Below are positions 38,020 through 52,680 of a stretch of DNA of 64,000 bases, piece after piece. The first letter of the stretch is position 1. The number at the start of each line of letters is the position of its first letter. Made by a program: the position numbers and the translations under genes. This DNA comes from Mobula birostris (lineage: Eukaryota): contig NC_092375.1 in assembly GCF_030028105.1 (NCBI RefSeq), positions 158,967,415 to 159,031,414 on the forward strand, written 5' to 3'. The notes under the pieces are model-generated. The model was given only the letters and a program-made list of their open reading frames with translations, ran no database searches and was not told the DNA's origin.

Positions 38020-39915
38020 CAGAAACATAGAAACAAAGAAAACCCACAGCCCAATAAAGGCCCACAAAGTTGTGCCAAACATGTCCCTACCTTAGAAATT
38101 ACTAGACTTCTTCATAGCCCTCTATTTTCCTAAGCTTTGTGTACCTATCTAAAAGTCTCTTAAAAGACCCTATTGTATCTGCCTCCACCACCGTTGACGG
38201 CAGCCCATTCCACACGCTCACTACTCTCTGAGTAAAAAAATTACCCCTGGTATCACTCTGTACCTACTCCCCAGCACCTTAAACCTGTGTTCTCTTGTGG
38301 CAAGCATTTCAGCCCTGGGAAAAAGCCTCTGACTATCCACATGATCAATGCCTCTCTTCATCTTATACACCTCTATCAGGTCACCTCTCATACTCCGTCG
38401 CTCCAAGGAGAAAAGGCCGAGTTCACTCAACTTGTTTTCATAAGGCATGCTCCTCAATCTAGGCAACATATTTGTACATCTCCTCTGCACCCTTTCTATG
38501 GTTTCCACATCCTTCCTGTAGTGAGGAGACCAGAACTGAGCACAGTACTCCACGTGGGATCTGATCAGGGTCCTATATAGCTGCAACATCTCCTAAATTC
38601 AACTCCACGATTACTGAAGGCCAATATACCCTATGCCTTCTTAACCACAGCATCAACCTGCACAGCTGCTTTGAGCGTCCTATGGACTCAGACTCCAAGA
38701 TCCTGCTGATCCTCCACACTGCCAAGAGTCTTACCATTAATACTATATTCTGCCATCATATTTGACCCACCAAAGTGAACTATTTCACACTTATCTGGGT
38801 TGAACTCCATCTGCCACTTCTTAGCCCAGATTTGCATCCTATCAATGTGCCGTTGTAACCTCTGACAGCCCTCCACACTATCCACAACACCTCCAACCTA
38901 TGTGTCATCAGCAAATTTACTAACCCATCCCTCCACTTCCTCATCCAGGTCATTTATAATAATCACGAAGAGCAAGGTTCCCAGAACAGATCCCTGAGGC
39001 ACTCCACTGGTCACCGACCTCCATGCAGAACATGACCTGTCTACAATCACTCTTTGCTTTCTGTGGGCAAGCCAGTTCTGGATTCACAAAGCAGTGTCCC
39101 CTTGGATTCCATGCCTCCTTACTTTCTCAATAAGCCTTGTATGGGGTACCTTATCAAATGCCTTGCTGAAATCCATATACGCTCCTTCATCAATGTGTTT
39201 AGTCACATCTTCAAAAAATTCAATCAGGCTCGTAAGGCAAGATCTGCCCTTGACAAAGCCATGCTGACTATTCCTAATCATATTATACCTCTCCAAATGT
39301 TCATAAATCCTGCTTCTCAGGATCTTCTCCATCAACTTACTAACCACTGAAGTAAGACTCACTGATCCATAATTTCCTGGGCTATCTCAACTCCCTTTCT
39401 TGAATAAAGGAAAAACATCCGCAACCCTCCAGATTCAAAGATCATCGCCAGAGGCTCCGCAATCTCCTTCCTCGCTTCCCACAGTAGCCTGGGGTACATC
39501 TCATCTGGTCCCGGCAGCTTATCCAACCTGATGCTTTCCAAAAGCTCCAGCACATCCTCTTTCTTAATATCTACATGCTCAAGCGTTTCAGTCTGCTGCA
39601 AGTCAGCACTACAATCACCAAGATCCTTTTCCATAGTGAATACTGAAGTAAAGTATTCATTATGTACCCCTGCTATTTCCTCTGGTTCCATACACACTTA
39701 CCCACTGTCACATTTGATAGGTCCTATTCTTTCACGTCTTATCCTCTTGCTCTTCACATACTTGTAGAATGCCTTGGGGTTTTCCTTAATCCTGCCTGCC
39801 AAGGCCTTCTCATGGCCCCTTCTGGCTCTCCTAATTTTCTTTTTAAACTCCTTCCTGTTAGCCTTATAATCTTCTAGATCCCTAACATTATCTAACTCTC
39901 TGAACCTTTCGTAAG
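38020..39915 (-). mobile_element. CR1 LINE, 5'-truncated (same subfamily as 10011-12272)
   Basis: SCLTSLIEFFEDVT, DFSKAFDKVPH, WQMEFNPDKC. (CATAGAAA)n tail. Confidence 0.95.
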
Positions 39916-39919
39916 TTCA

Positions 39920-40250
39920 TGGAAAAGAACAGCAGAAAACAGGCCCTTTGGCTCATCTAGACAGTGCCAAATTATTTAAACTGCCTAATTACATTAACTT
40001 GTACCAGGACCATACCCTTCCATATCCCTACCATCCATGTACCTATCCAAGCTTCCCTTAAATGTTGAAATCAACCTCACACACACCACTTGTGCTGGCA
40101 GCTTGTTCCATACTCTTACAACCTTCTGAGTGAAGAAGTTTCCCCTCATGTTCCCCTTAAACTGTTCATCTTTCACCTTTAACCCATGACCTCGAGTTCT
40201 AGTCCCACCCAATTTCGTTGGAAGAAGCCTGCTTGCATTTTCCTCATCTA
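39920..40250 (-). mobile_element. CR1 3' end
   Basis: RTRGHGLKV..RGNFFTQKVVRVWN. Confidence 0.85.
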
Positions 40251-40254
40251 TACC

Positions 40255-40850
40255 CTGGCATGGAAACACCAATGCCCTTGAATGGAAGATCCTACAAAAA
40301 GTAGTGTATACGGCCCAGTCCATTATGACTAAAGCCCTCCACACTATTGAGAACATCTACATGAAACACTATTGCAGGTAAGCAGTATCCGTTATCAGGG
40401 ACACCTCACCACTCAGAACGTGCTTTCTTCTCACTGCTAACATCGGGAAGAAGGTTCAGGAGCCTCAGGACCCATACCACCAGGTTCAGGAACAGTTATC
40501 AACCATCAACCATCAGGCTCTTGAACCAAAGGGGATAACTTCACGCAGCTTTATTTGCTGCATCATTAAAGCATTCCTATAACCTATGAACTCATTTTCA
40601 AGGACTCTTTATCTCAGGTTCTCCATATTTATTGCTTATTTATTGTTGTCATTATTTCTCTCTTTTTCTATTTGCACAGTTTATTGATTTTTGTACACTT
40701 TGAAATCTCAAGTTGGTGCAGTCTTTCATTGATTCTGTTATGGTTATTATTCTATAGGGTTACTGAGTATTCCCACAAGAAAATGAATCTCAGTGTCGCA
40801 TATGGCGACATATATGTACTTCGATAATAAATTTACTTGGAACTTTAAAT
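40255..40850 (+). mobile_element. Rex1 3' end
   Basis: FSLLTSGRRFRSLRTHTTRFRNSY plus the shared 3'UTR. Confidence 0.85.
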
Positions 40851-43800
40851 TGCCACCTTCTCATCTTCCCACCTTCTGTGCAGCTCAAACTAACTTGTTA
40901 CTCTCTTTCTCAGCTCTGATAAAAAGCCCCAGTACTGTAATGTTTCTCTTTCCACAGAGCTATGGAGCAGAGGGTGGATGAAGCATCCTCTGCTTTCATT
41001 TCAAATTTCCATTGTCTGTAGTTTGTTTGTTTTTCATTTGCTGCAGTCTAAGGCCAATATTAAACTCCCACAGCTGAATGTGATGTTAATTGGGATGAAG
41101 ACCATCCAGAAAGAAGAGTCGTATTATCCCAGCTAATATTTATCTCTTCAAAACACACCAGAAATCAGAAACCTTTTATTAAAATAATTGCTCTAAAACT
41201 GTTTCAATATCGAGCAAGAGAAACTAACAATTTTATCAACCCAATAAAAGGCCTAATAGACTTTAATTAGAGTACTTAATTACTTAAACATATTGGGGTA
41301 CTTAAAATGCAAGTTTTAACAATATTTATCAGACTAATAGCTTTAGGTGTTAATATTCAAATATGCACTGTTTTACACAACCACCCATGACAAACTGAGC
41401 AAACTGTGTACTAAACAAAAAGATGTCTTACTACAATGCCTCATTTCCACTCTGTTTCCATCCTCAGCTGATACCAACTCCTTCTGTTCAGTGCACTTCT
41501 GTAGATGGAAAGAATTTTGTTGTAAGTGTTAAACCTCGATTTTACCAATTGAAGTGCAATGAAATTAATTACACAGTCAAGATACTAATTATCTACAATT
41601 TGAAATGCCTCGAGTCTGCAAAGAATCAGTTCCATGAATAATAAAAATGATTTGGCTATTACGTCTACTGCTATGCTTTCTTGACCAGTAGCATTGTAGA
41701 AGAAACCTGAATGAAAACGAAGAGTGAAATAACAAAAGTTGAAGAAACCTCTAACTATAATGTAATTCCGGATGTTAATTCAGACCTTTGTCAAGTCATT
41801 ACTCTTCCTTTGACACTGTTTAATTATTAAGATCTTCTCTACTATCAAATTGTGGCAGACCTAAATGTTTTCCTATTCAATTAGAATGCGCTGAAGAAAA
41901 CAAATGGATCTGTAGGCAGTTAAATTATCGGAATGAAGCAAATTCTTCGTAATATTACAAATAGCTGGAAATCAAAGACACTGATTAAAGGGTGCAATTT
42001 TCAGAATCAATTGGAGCAGGAACTGGTATAGTATTTGATCTCCATACTGGAAAATGAGAGAATTATTAATGCTAGATTAAAAAAAATTAAAAGAATGTGC
42101 AGAAAAAAAACCCATCAGAACCACAAATGACAGATGATATGAAATTTCACTGAAGTGCAGCCAGGAGCTAAACTCACTGAGTGATGATACTGCCGTATTT
42201 ATTAACTGAGTTACATCAATACTACATTCGGGGAGACACAGGCTGAAGTTTATAGACTGCAACACTTGGATATAGAAGGCAGGAGGACAATGTCAATGAT
42301 GATGCAGATGCCAACTCGCCTCAGGTTGGCCATTTAAGGTGGCCCAGGGCTGTAATTGTCTCAGGACAAGATACATTATACAGGAATGTAAATCATCCCA
42401 CAAGGTAACTACTTCACAAGAGACAACCAGAAAATTAAATGTTATGGACGTAACAGCTGAAGTTAAATAGAAGAGAAATATCCCAGAGCATGTAACTTAC
42501 TGCAAGTTAGATTATATCTTTTGGAATATTAAGGACATTTTTCAAAACTGCAGAATGTGTGGTACTTAATATTCAGATATTTGCCATCAAGAACTGTGAA
42601 CATGTTTACTTTGCTGTGAGACAGCAGCTTTAATAAAAAAAATGCATATATCTGGCAGGGTGATATATATAACATAGTACAGCACCATAACACACTCTTC
42701 AGCCCATGACAAATGTGGTAAACATAATTCTGAAGTACAATATATTTCTTCTGCCTGTACCTGATCCACATCCATCCATGTGTACACTTACAGCCTCTTA
42801 AATGCCACTATCTGCTTCTACCACCATTCTGGTAATTCAACTACTCCACAGCAAAGTCTCTTCTAGGGACGCCTACCCTGAATAAGATTAAATCTTCCCT
42901 TTGATGGGATTTCAGTGAAGCCCTCTCTCACTGCTGCCACTCTGTGATCTCTCCTGCCCTCCAACTCTTTGACCATGTATTCACCCAGACCCGCTACCGA
43001 TCAACTACTGTACCACATTGTACTTCTTCCACCCCTCCCCCCACCTTCTTACTAGCCTTCTCATCTTTTTTCCCCGGTTCTGATGATGGGTCTCAGCCCA
43101 AAACATCGACTGTTTCCTATTTTCCATAGATGCTGCTTGATCTGCTGAGTTCCTCCAGCATTTTGTATGTGTTGCTTTGATTTCCAGCATCTGCAGATTT
43201 TCTGTTGATCGTGAGCCCTTTCCAGGCACCTCCTGTAGTCTGTGTAAAATGAAATGTGGCCTGCACAACTTATTTACTATTTCCCTCTCTCTCTTTACAG
43301 GTGCATCCTCTTCTATTTGATATTTCCACCCTGGGAGAAAGATTCTGACTGTCTTCCCATCTGTACGATACTTCTGCTGAGATTCTGTTATTGAGGGGTG
43401 TGTGAAGACCACCAGGGGATAGAGTATTGCATCAAGCTATATAGAATTCGTTTTTTTTGGGGGGGGGGGGAGATTTTAGTTCCAAAGCAAAGAGCAATTC
43501 TCTTAGAGTAGTATGGAATCATTGTAGAATTTGTACAGTGATTTGACTTTTTCAAAGCAATAGGGATATTCAGTTCTCAGCAACAAGCAGGTCAAAAAAA
43601 GGACAACATATTTTTTAATTACATAAGACAGCAGTTAATTTTGGTGAAATGCCTCTATTAACCGCAGGAGTGAGAAGCTGGAGGTTCACGAGCCAGTCCT
43701 CGTTAGCGGAATAGAGGTAGAGAGGGTCAGTAGCTTTAAATTCCTTGGCATATTAGAGGCCCTGTCCTGGGAAATGTCATCACAAAGAAGGTACAAAAGT

Positions 43801-45228
43801 CTTAGATGTTTTTGTAGATCTGGTATGTCTCCAAAATCTTTGGCCAACTTCTGTAGATGCACAGTGGAGTTGCATCATAGCCTGGTGTGGAAACATCGAT
43901 TCCTAGGAATAGAAAAGGCAACAGATAGTGGTGGACACAGCCTAGTCTATCACAGCCAAAGCCCTCCCCACCACTGAGTACATCCACATAGAGCCATGAA
44001 CCGTGAATTATGAGTGCCAGGACAATGGATGTACATCAGCACTTTTGGAAGGTGGGGTTCTTGGCATGTGATGTGCAATGAGGTTATCTCAATCAAGTCA
44101 AATGATGCATTTGGGAAAGAGTGTGGTGTCTACAGAACATCAGTTGTTCACAAGAATTATTAAATTGTCAGATCAAGTTCAGGTTGAGTCCTTTGTCTTG
44201 AACAGGAGTTATATTGTGATGTGGATACAGTTCGCAAGATCCAAAGGTCCCACAAATGATGTAACAGCAAGAAGCCTGGCATTGGTTCAACATATGACCA
44301 GGGATTGACAGATAAAGACTAAGTGTTGTTCCAGGTTCAAAGTAAATTTATTGTCAGAGTACGCACAGTATATATCATCATATACAACCTTGAGATTCAT
44401 TTTCTTGTGGGCATCCATCATAGGTACAAAGAAACACCACAGAATCAATGAAAAATCATACACAACAAGATGGACAAACAGCCCATGTGCAAGACAACAA
44501 ACTGTACAAATACAACAAAAATAGGAATAATAAATAAACAAGCAATAAATATCAGGAGCATGAGATGAAGAGTCCTTGAAAGTATGTCCATAATTTGTGG
44601 GAACAGTTCAGTGTTAGGGTAACTGAAGTTAAGTGACATTAACCCCTCTGATTCAAGGGCCTGATGGTTGAGGGGTTGTAGGCTGAAAACAATCCAAAGA
44701 AGGATCAGTAGGGGAAATGATGTTCTAAATTCAAAAGAGGCAGCAGCAAAGAAGATCGGTGCCCATTGGGAAGCTGAAACAGAAATAGAGATATGATACG
44801 GAGTACAGAAATGAGCACAAAGCTGAGTGTTTTTAGGATTCAAGTTATGAAGTATTCATATTAAATTTGCCATATACACAAGAAATGATTCTCATTTCAA
44901 TTACTGCTAATATGGGTGATTGGATTGTATTAAGCTGAATTGCTTTGAATGTTTAGAAATATCTGTAGTACAATGTACTATGATAATACATCATCAAAGC
45001 AACAATTGTACTGCAGTATACATAGATAAAACTTTCTATTGGAAAAATTACCCATTTAATAAATTAGATTTATATTTAAAGTTATGATTGTACTTAAGTG
45101 TCTTAATAAATAATTAGTTTATTGTATCTTTTCGTACTTAATTGTTGTGTGTAGATAGCTTTTGTCTGGTATAGTCTGTCAGTTTTTTCAAAAGGGGAAG
45201 CAGTGAAATATATGTAATTGTATATATA

Positions 45229-46071
45229 TGGTGCCTATAATATGTATTCACCCCCCTTGGAAGTTTTCATGTTTTAATCTTCTACAACATTGAATCATTG
45301 TGGGTTTAATTCAGCTTTTTTGACACTGATCAACAGAAAAGTCTATTCCCTGTCAAGTTGAAAACAAATTTCTACAAATTAGTCTAAATGATTACATTTA
45401 TTAAACACAAAATAATTGATTGCATAATTACTTACCCCCTTTGGGTCAGTATTTTGTAAATGCACCTTTGGCAGCAATTACAGCCTTGAGTGTGTGGATA
45501 TGTCCCTATCAGTTTTGCACATCTGGAAACAGCAATTTTCTCCCATTCTTCCTTACAAAACTGTTCAAGCCCCATCAGATTGCATGGGAATCATGAGTGA
45601 ACAGCCCATTTCCTGACTTGTGCTTTTCAATAATCTTTTTACTGAGTTGCTTGGAGTGTCCTTTTGTTGTCATGGTGTAGTTTTCGCGAGCATTCTGATT
45701 CACCAGCAGTTGGACCTTACAGCTACAGGTGTATTCTTTACTACAATCAGTTGAAACACCTTGTCTGCACACGGTTATCACTATTTAACTAATTATGTAA
45801 CTTCTAAAACCAATTGGCTGCAGCAGTGATGAATTAGTGTGTCATATTAAAGGGGGGGGGGTGAATCCTTACATAATCAATTATTTTGTGTTTTATAATT
45901 GTAATTAACTTAGATCACTTCATAGAGATCTGTTTTCACTTTGACACAAAAGAGTCTTTTCTTGTTGATCAGCGTCAAAAAATGCCAAATTAACTTTGCT
46001 GTGATTCAATGTTGTAAGACAACCAAAGGTGAAAACCTCCAAGGAGGGGTGAACACTTTTTATAGGCACTG
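45229..46071 (-). mobile_element. Internally deleted Tc1 transposon with long TIRs
   Basis: TA-flanked GTGCCTATAA...TTATAGGCACTG, TIRs of ~230 bp. Transposase N-terminus (MTTKGHSKQL..KIIEKHKSG) is joined directly to the C-terminus. Confidence 0.9.
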
Positions 46072-46379
46072 TAACTTTAAGAACAGTGTGTACAGTGTGG
46101 TTTAAACATGTTGTTATAACATCTGTGACTTTTAGTTAGGTGGTGATCGCCTTCAATAAGTAATGTTTTGTCAGTTGTTCTATGTGCTACATTGACAGGT
46201 ACACAGAGAGGAAAGGTTTGGAGGGATCTGAGTCAATGTGACCAGCTAAGATGGGCATCTTGGTTGGCATTGATGAGCTGAGCCATGCTGAATGACTCTA
46301 TGACCCTATCCTTTTCATTTGCCAGAACAATATGGAGGAGACCAAGGATATCATAATTGGTCTTCTGCCTTTTCCTTGG

Positions 46380-47460
46380 TTTTTAAAATCTCATGGGACA
46401 ACCTGCTGTTCCTGTAGTCCTGGGTCCCTGCACCTCCCTCTGCCACCGCATCCTTGATTTCCTCACTGGGAGACAACAGTCATGCAGATCAGAAATAACA
46501 TCTCCTCCTTGTTGACAAATAATGAAGACACACTTCAAGGAAGCATTCTTCGCCCACTACTTTACTCTCTGCGCAGCTAGGCACAGCTCAACCATCACCT
46601 ACAGTATCAATTTGCCAATGACTCAACTACCATTTGCAGAGAATCAGATGGTGATGTGGAGATGTACCAGAGAGAGACAGATTGCCGCAACAACACTACA
46701 TCTAACATCAGTAAGTCTGAGACACTGATCATGGACTTCAGGAAGGGTAAATTAAAAGACCGCATACACACCAGTCCTCTTTGAGAGATCAGCAGTGGAG
46801 AGAGTAAGCAATTTTAAGTTTCTGGGTGTCAACATCTCTGAAGATCTATCCTGACCCCAACATATTGACACAATCACAAAGAAAGAATGGCAGCAGCTAG
46901 ATTTCATAGGGAGTCTGTGGAGATTTGGTACGTCACCAAAGACTCATGCAAATTTCCATAGATGTACTGTGGAGAGCATTCTAACTGGCTGCATCACCAT
47001 GTGGCATAGAGGGCCTACTGCACAGGTTCAGGAAAAGCTGCAGAAAGTTACAACCGCAACCAGCTCCATCATAGGCACTAGCCTCCCCAGCATTGAGGAG
47101 AAAAAGTGATGGCTCAGAAAGGTGGCACCCATCATTAAGGATTGGCTTCACACAGGATATGCCCTCTTCTCATTGCTACCATCAAGGAGTTGATATCAGA
47201 GCTCGCGGTCACACACTTCACATTTTAGGAACAGTTTGTTCCCTCCACCATCAGATTTCAGAATAGACAATAAACCCATTAAAAAAAGACTACCTCACTG
47301 ATTTTTTGTCTCTTTTTGCAGTACTTATTAAATTTATTTATATATACAGTACATATTTCTTATTGTAATTTACAGTTCTTTTATTGCTATGTGTTGCAAA
47401 GTACTACTGCCACAAAACAAAGACATTATGATATATACCGGAGATCCTGATTCTGATTCC
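46380..47460 (+). mobile_element. Decayed Rex1-type LINE
   Basis: ESILTGCIT, ALFSLLPS, and (TCTGAT) tail. Confidence 0.85.
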
Positions 47461-48014
47461 CCAGCAGCCCATGCACTGGGTATCAGCTTACACTCCCAGC
47501 AAATCACTGTGCCAATTATTTTCGAGTTCAGATACAGTATTCAGGAAGAGATTTTAAACACAGCATACACCTCAGGGTTTCCTTCTCCAGTGACTTCTGA
47601 CCCCTTATGTTACTAATTCAGTCAACACACTTTAAACGGGTTTTAGCTTCTTCAGACTAGAAGTATTGCAACATAGCTTTTGTCTAGAATCTGTGATATA
47701 TCAGATTTAACTTTGAGATTTTTCCACCCATAATCTTATTTACCTATTCTTTTATTTCTATTGTCCTTTCAACCAGAAAAGAAAGTACATCTGAAGCTAA
47801 CCAATTGAAACAATAAGGAACAGCTACCCTATTGATACCGGCCTCTTTGTCCATCAGTGACAATCAACCTGCAATCAGTGAATTATGTCCAGGAAAAAGG
47901 TTCTTGCTATTCATTAGTAAAATGCTGCTATTGATTTTATAATTTGTACCCTTGTAAGATTCTTTTCTCCATCACATATATATTATTGTCTCCAATCTTA
48001 ATGTTGCATATTAT

Positions 48015-50620
48015 ATTGGAAGGGCAACCAGGTAGACAGAGGGAGAGGCATGGCGCCGCTAGTAAAAGTTGAAAGCAAATCATTAGAGAGAGGTGATATT
48101 GAATCAGAAGGTGTAGAATCATTATGGGTAGAGCTAACAAGCTAAAAAGTTAAAAAGACCCTGATGGGATTTATATACAGACCTCAAAACAGTAGTAAAG
48201 ATTACAAATTACAATGGGAGATAGAAAATGCATGTCAAAAGTGCAATGTTACTATAGTCGTGGGGTTTTCAATATGCAGTAGATTGGGAAAATCAGTTTG
48301 GTGCTGGATCCCTGGGTGGGGAGTTTGTAGAATGCCAGAGCTGGCTTTTTGGAGCAGCTCACCGCAGAGCCCATGAAGGAAACAACTATTCTGGACTGGG
48401 TGTTGTGCAATAAACCCCGCTTTGATTAAAGGTAAAACCAGTGATCATAATATGATAGAATTCATCTTGCAATTTGAGAAGAAGAAGAAGCTAAAGTCAG
48501 AGGTTAAAGTGGAGTGAATTACAGAGACGTGAGAGAGGAGCTGGCCAAAATTGTTTGGAAAGAAACACTAGCAGAGATGACGGCAGAGTGGCAATGGCTG
48601 GAGTGTTTGGAATCAATTGGAATGATGCAAGATAGATACGTCCCAAGGAAGAAATAGTATTCTGAAGGCCGGATGATGCAACCGTGACTGACAAAAGAAG
48701 CCAAAGCCAACATTAAAATCAAAGAGAGTGTGTATAATAGAACAGAAATTAGTAGGAAGTTAGAGGATTGGGAACATTTTAAGAACCAACAGAAGGCAAC
48801 TCAAAAAGCCATAAAGAGGGAAAAGATGAAATACAAAGGAAAGCTAATCAATAATATTGAAGAGGATACAAAAAGTTTCTTCAGATAGATAAAGTGGAAA
48901 AAAGAGTTGAGAGCAGATATCAGGACATTGGAAAACTATGGTGGAGAGGTAGTAATGGCAGACAACTAATTAAGTTTACTGGATGTTCAAGAGTGGCAGG
49001 GGGCAGAAGAGTGTGAAGTTGCCATTACTAGGGAGAAAGTGCTCGGGAAATTGAAAGGTCTGAAGGTAGGTAAATCACCTGGACAGATGGTATACACCCT
49101 ACGGTTCTGAAAGAGGTGGCGAAAGAGACAGTGGAGCTATTAGTAATGATTCTGGCATGCTTCCAGAAGACTGGAAAAGTGAAAATGTCATTCCACTCTT
49201 CAATAAGGGAGAAAGGCAGAAGAAAATAAATTATGGGCCATTTAGTTTAACCTCAGTGACTGGGGAGATGCTGGAGTCGATTGGTAAGGATGTGGTTTTG
49301 GGAACTTGGAGGCACATGGCGACATAGGTCAAAGTCAGCATGGATTCCTAAGAGAAAAATCTTGCCTGAAAAATCTGTTTAAATTCTTTGAGGAAATAAC
49401 AAGCGAGATAGACAAAGGAGAATCACTGGATGTTAGGAAGTTGGATTTTCAGAAGGCCTTTGACAAGGTGCCACACATGAGGCTGCTTAACAAGTTAAGA
49501 CCTCATGATATTATAGTAAAGATACTAGCATTGATGGAGCATTGGCTGATTGACAGGAGACAAAGAGTATGAATAAAGGAGGCCTTTTCTGGTTGGCTGC
49601 TGATAACTAGTGATGTTCCACAGGGGTCTGTGTTGGGACTGTTTCCTTTTACTTTATATGTCAGTGATTCAGATGATGGAATCGACGGCTTTGTGGCCAA
49701 GCTTGTAGACAATATGCAGTGGCAGGTAGTGTTGAGGATGCAGAGAGATTACAGCAGGGCTTAGATTAAGAGAATGGCCAAAGTGCAGATGGAATACAGT
49801 GTTGGGAAGTGAATGGTCATGCACTTTGGCAGAAGAAAATAAATCATTGCCTATTTTCTAAATGGTGAGAAAATTCAAAAATCTGAATTGCAAAGGGACT
49901 TGGGATTCTCATGCAGGATTCCTTAAAGGTTAATTTGCAGGTTGAGTCTGTGGTGAGGAAGGCAAATACAATGTCAGTATGCATTTGAAAAGGACTAGAA
50001 TATATTAACAAAGATGTAATATTGTGACGTTATAAGGCACAGGTGAGGCCTCACTTGGAGTACTGGGAGCAGTTTCAGGCCCCCTATAAAAGAAAGGGTG
50101 TGCCGACATTGGAGAGGGTTCAAAGAAGTTTCATGAAAATTATCCCGGTATTGACAGGCTTATCATATGAGGTGCATTTGATGGCTCTGGGCCTGTACTC
50201 ATTGTAATTCAGGAGAATGTGGGGGGATCCCATTGAAACCTGTTGAATGTTGAAAGGCCTCAATGGAGTGGATGTGGAAAAGAAGTTTTCTATTGTGTGG
50301 GAGTCTAAGTCCAGAGGATACAGACTCAGGATAGAGGGACATCCATTTCAAATGAAGATGAGGAGGTATTACTTTAGTCAGAGAGTAGCGAACCTGTGGA
50401 ATTTGTTGCCATGAGTGGTGGCGGAGGCCAAGTCATATGGGTATTCTTAAAGCAGAAGTTGATAGATTCTTGATTAGTCAGGGCATGAAGGGATACGGGG
50501 ATAATGCTGGAGATTGGGGCTGAGAAGGAATGGATCAGCCACGAGGAAATAGCAGAGCAGACTTGATGGACCGAAAGGCCTAATTCTGTTCCTCAGTCTT
50601 ATAGTTTTATGGACTTATGA
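48015..50620 (+). mobile_element. Decayed CR1 ORF2 and tail
   Basis: IYRPQNS, SQHGF..SCLKNLFKFFEE, DFQKAFDKVPH. Confidence 0.92.
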
Positions 50621-51469
50621 TTATATAGGAAATTTCCAAATTATGCCTCTGGATGTTGCCAAGAAGGCAACTTTTCCAGTCAGATGAAACAATGGATCAG
50701 ATGTTCATCCAATGATAGGAAGTTTCTTAGTTAACTTTTATCTTCATTCTGGTGGTGTAGAGCAGACTTTATTTATCACTCACTGAAATAGCTTACCTAT
50801 TCTGAGCATAATTTATTCTGGGATTCTGGGACTGTCAATTCATGGAACATGTATCATGAGTCTGACATCTTCCATTGTCAAAATCATCTATTCTTTTCTT
50901 GGTGGCTGTAAATTCTTTGAAAATTTGTGTGATGCTTGGTATGAAATATCACATCAGGTAGTAATTTGGATATTTTAAAAATATTCAAAATTGGTTATTT
51001 ACATCATTTACTTTTGATGCACTTTGCTGTTGATTCAGACACCCTGACAGCTTCAAATATACAGAGAGCTGTGCTTTCGACGGTAATGTGACAGCTGATT
51101 TATAGCTTATGTAGGTTTCTAAATCATTTGGAAGGATTCCTCATGCCAGATTCTTAGCAGGTTTCTTTTCCTGATGATTAAAACTACAGTACATCTCACC
51201 CACCTCACCAGAGGTAGCTGAGGAGTATTTTGTGGTGCAGAGTAAATCACAACACAAATTGCAGAGAAGTATTCACAGCCAAAAATCCAATGCCAACCCC
51301 TCCCACCCCACCTATAACTGGTCAGTATGAAATTTATTGGTTGCCTTAGAATGCATATTAGCTCTCAACGAACTAATATTCTCATAAAAGGCAAAATAAT
51401 TAACCCTTCATTTTTATAGTTGAACTTCAGAAATATAACATTCAAAATTTAAATACTATTGTATCTTTT

Positions 51470-52680
51470 ATAAACCCATGGATTCTCACAGCTACTTGGA
51501 CTATATCTCTTCCCACACTGTCACTTGTAAAAATGTCAACCCTCCTCTCAATTCCTCCGTTTCCATCATATCTGCTCTCAGGTGAGGCTTTTCATTGCAG
51601 AACTAAGGAGATGCCCTCCTTCTTTGCTTCCCTTTTTCCACCATTAATGCTGCCCTCACCAACATCTCTTCCATTTCACGCCACCCCACCAAGGATAGAG
51701 TTACTCTTGTCCTCACTTACCACCCCACCAGCCTTTGCATCCAGCACATAATTCTTCGTAACTTCTGCCATCTCCTACAGGAACCCACTAACAAGCACAT
51801 CTTTCCCTTCCACTCACTTTCTGCTTTCTGCAGGGGTCACTCTCTACGTGACTCCCTCATCTATTCATCCCTCCTCACTAATCACTCTCCTGGTAATTAT
51901 CCTTGCAAGCGGAACAAGTGCCATACCTGCCACTATCTGTTACTACCATTCAGGGCCACAAGCAGTCCTTCCAGGTGAGGCAACACTTCACCTGTGAGTC
52001 TGTTGGGGTCATCTACTGTACATGCTGCTCCTGCTGTAGCATCCTGTATATCGGTGAGACCAGACGTAGATTAGGAGACCGCTTGGCCGAGCATCTACAC
52101 TCTGTCCACCAGTAAAAGCTGGATCTCCCCATTTCAATTCTTACTTCCTATTCCCATTTCGACATGGCAGTCCATGGCCTCTTCTACTGCTGCGATAAGA
52201 CCACACTCAGGTTGGAGGAGCAACACCTTATATTCCATCTGGAATGCCTCCAAACTGATGACATGAATATTGATTTCTCAAACATCCAGTAATTGCCCCG
52301 CCCCCCCTTCATCATTCCCCATTCCCATTTCCCTCTCTGACCATATCTCCTTACTTGCCCATCACCTCCCTCCAGTGCTCCTCTCCATTCCCTTTCTTCC
52401 ATGGCTTTCTGTCCTCGCTTGTTAGATTCCCCATTCTCCAGCCCTTTATCTCTTTCACTGATCGGCTTCCCAACTCTTTACTTCATCGCCTCCCCCTCTC
52501 CCGGTTTCACCTATTGCCTACTACCTTGTACTTCTTCCTCCCCTTTCCCCTCCTCCTTACCCTGACCTCACCTTTTTTTCCCAGTCCTGATAAAGAGTCT
52601 CGGCCTAAAACATCGACTGTTTATTCTTTTCCATAGATGCTGCCTGCTCTGCTGAGTTCCTCCAGCGTTTTGTGTGTGTC
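51470..52680 (+). mobile_element. Penelope-like element 3' part (GIY-YIG endonuclease and terminal repeat)
   Basis: FTCESVGVIYCTCCSCCSILYIGETRRRLGDRLAEH. Terminal repeat with a hammerhead-like motif at ~52583-52620. Confidence 0.9.
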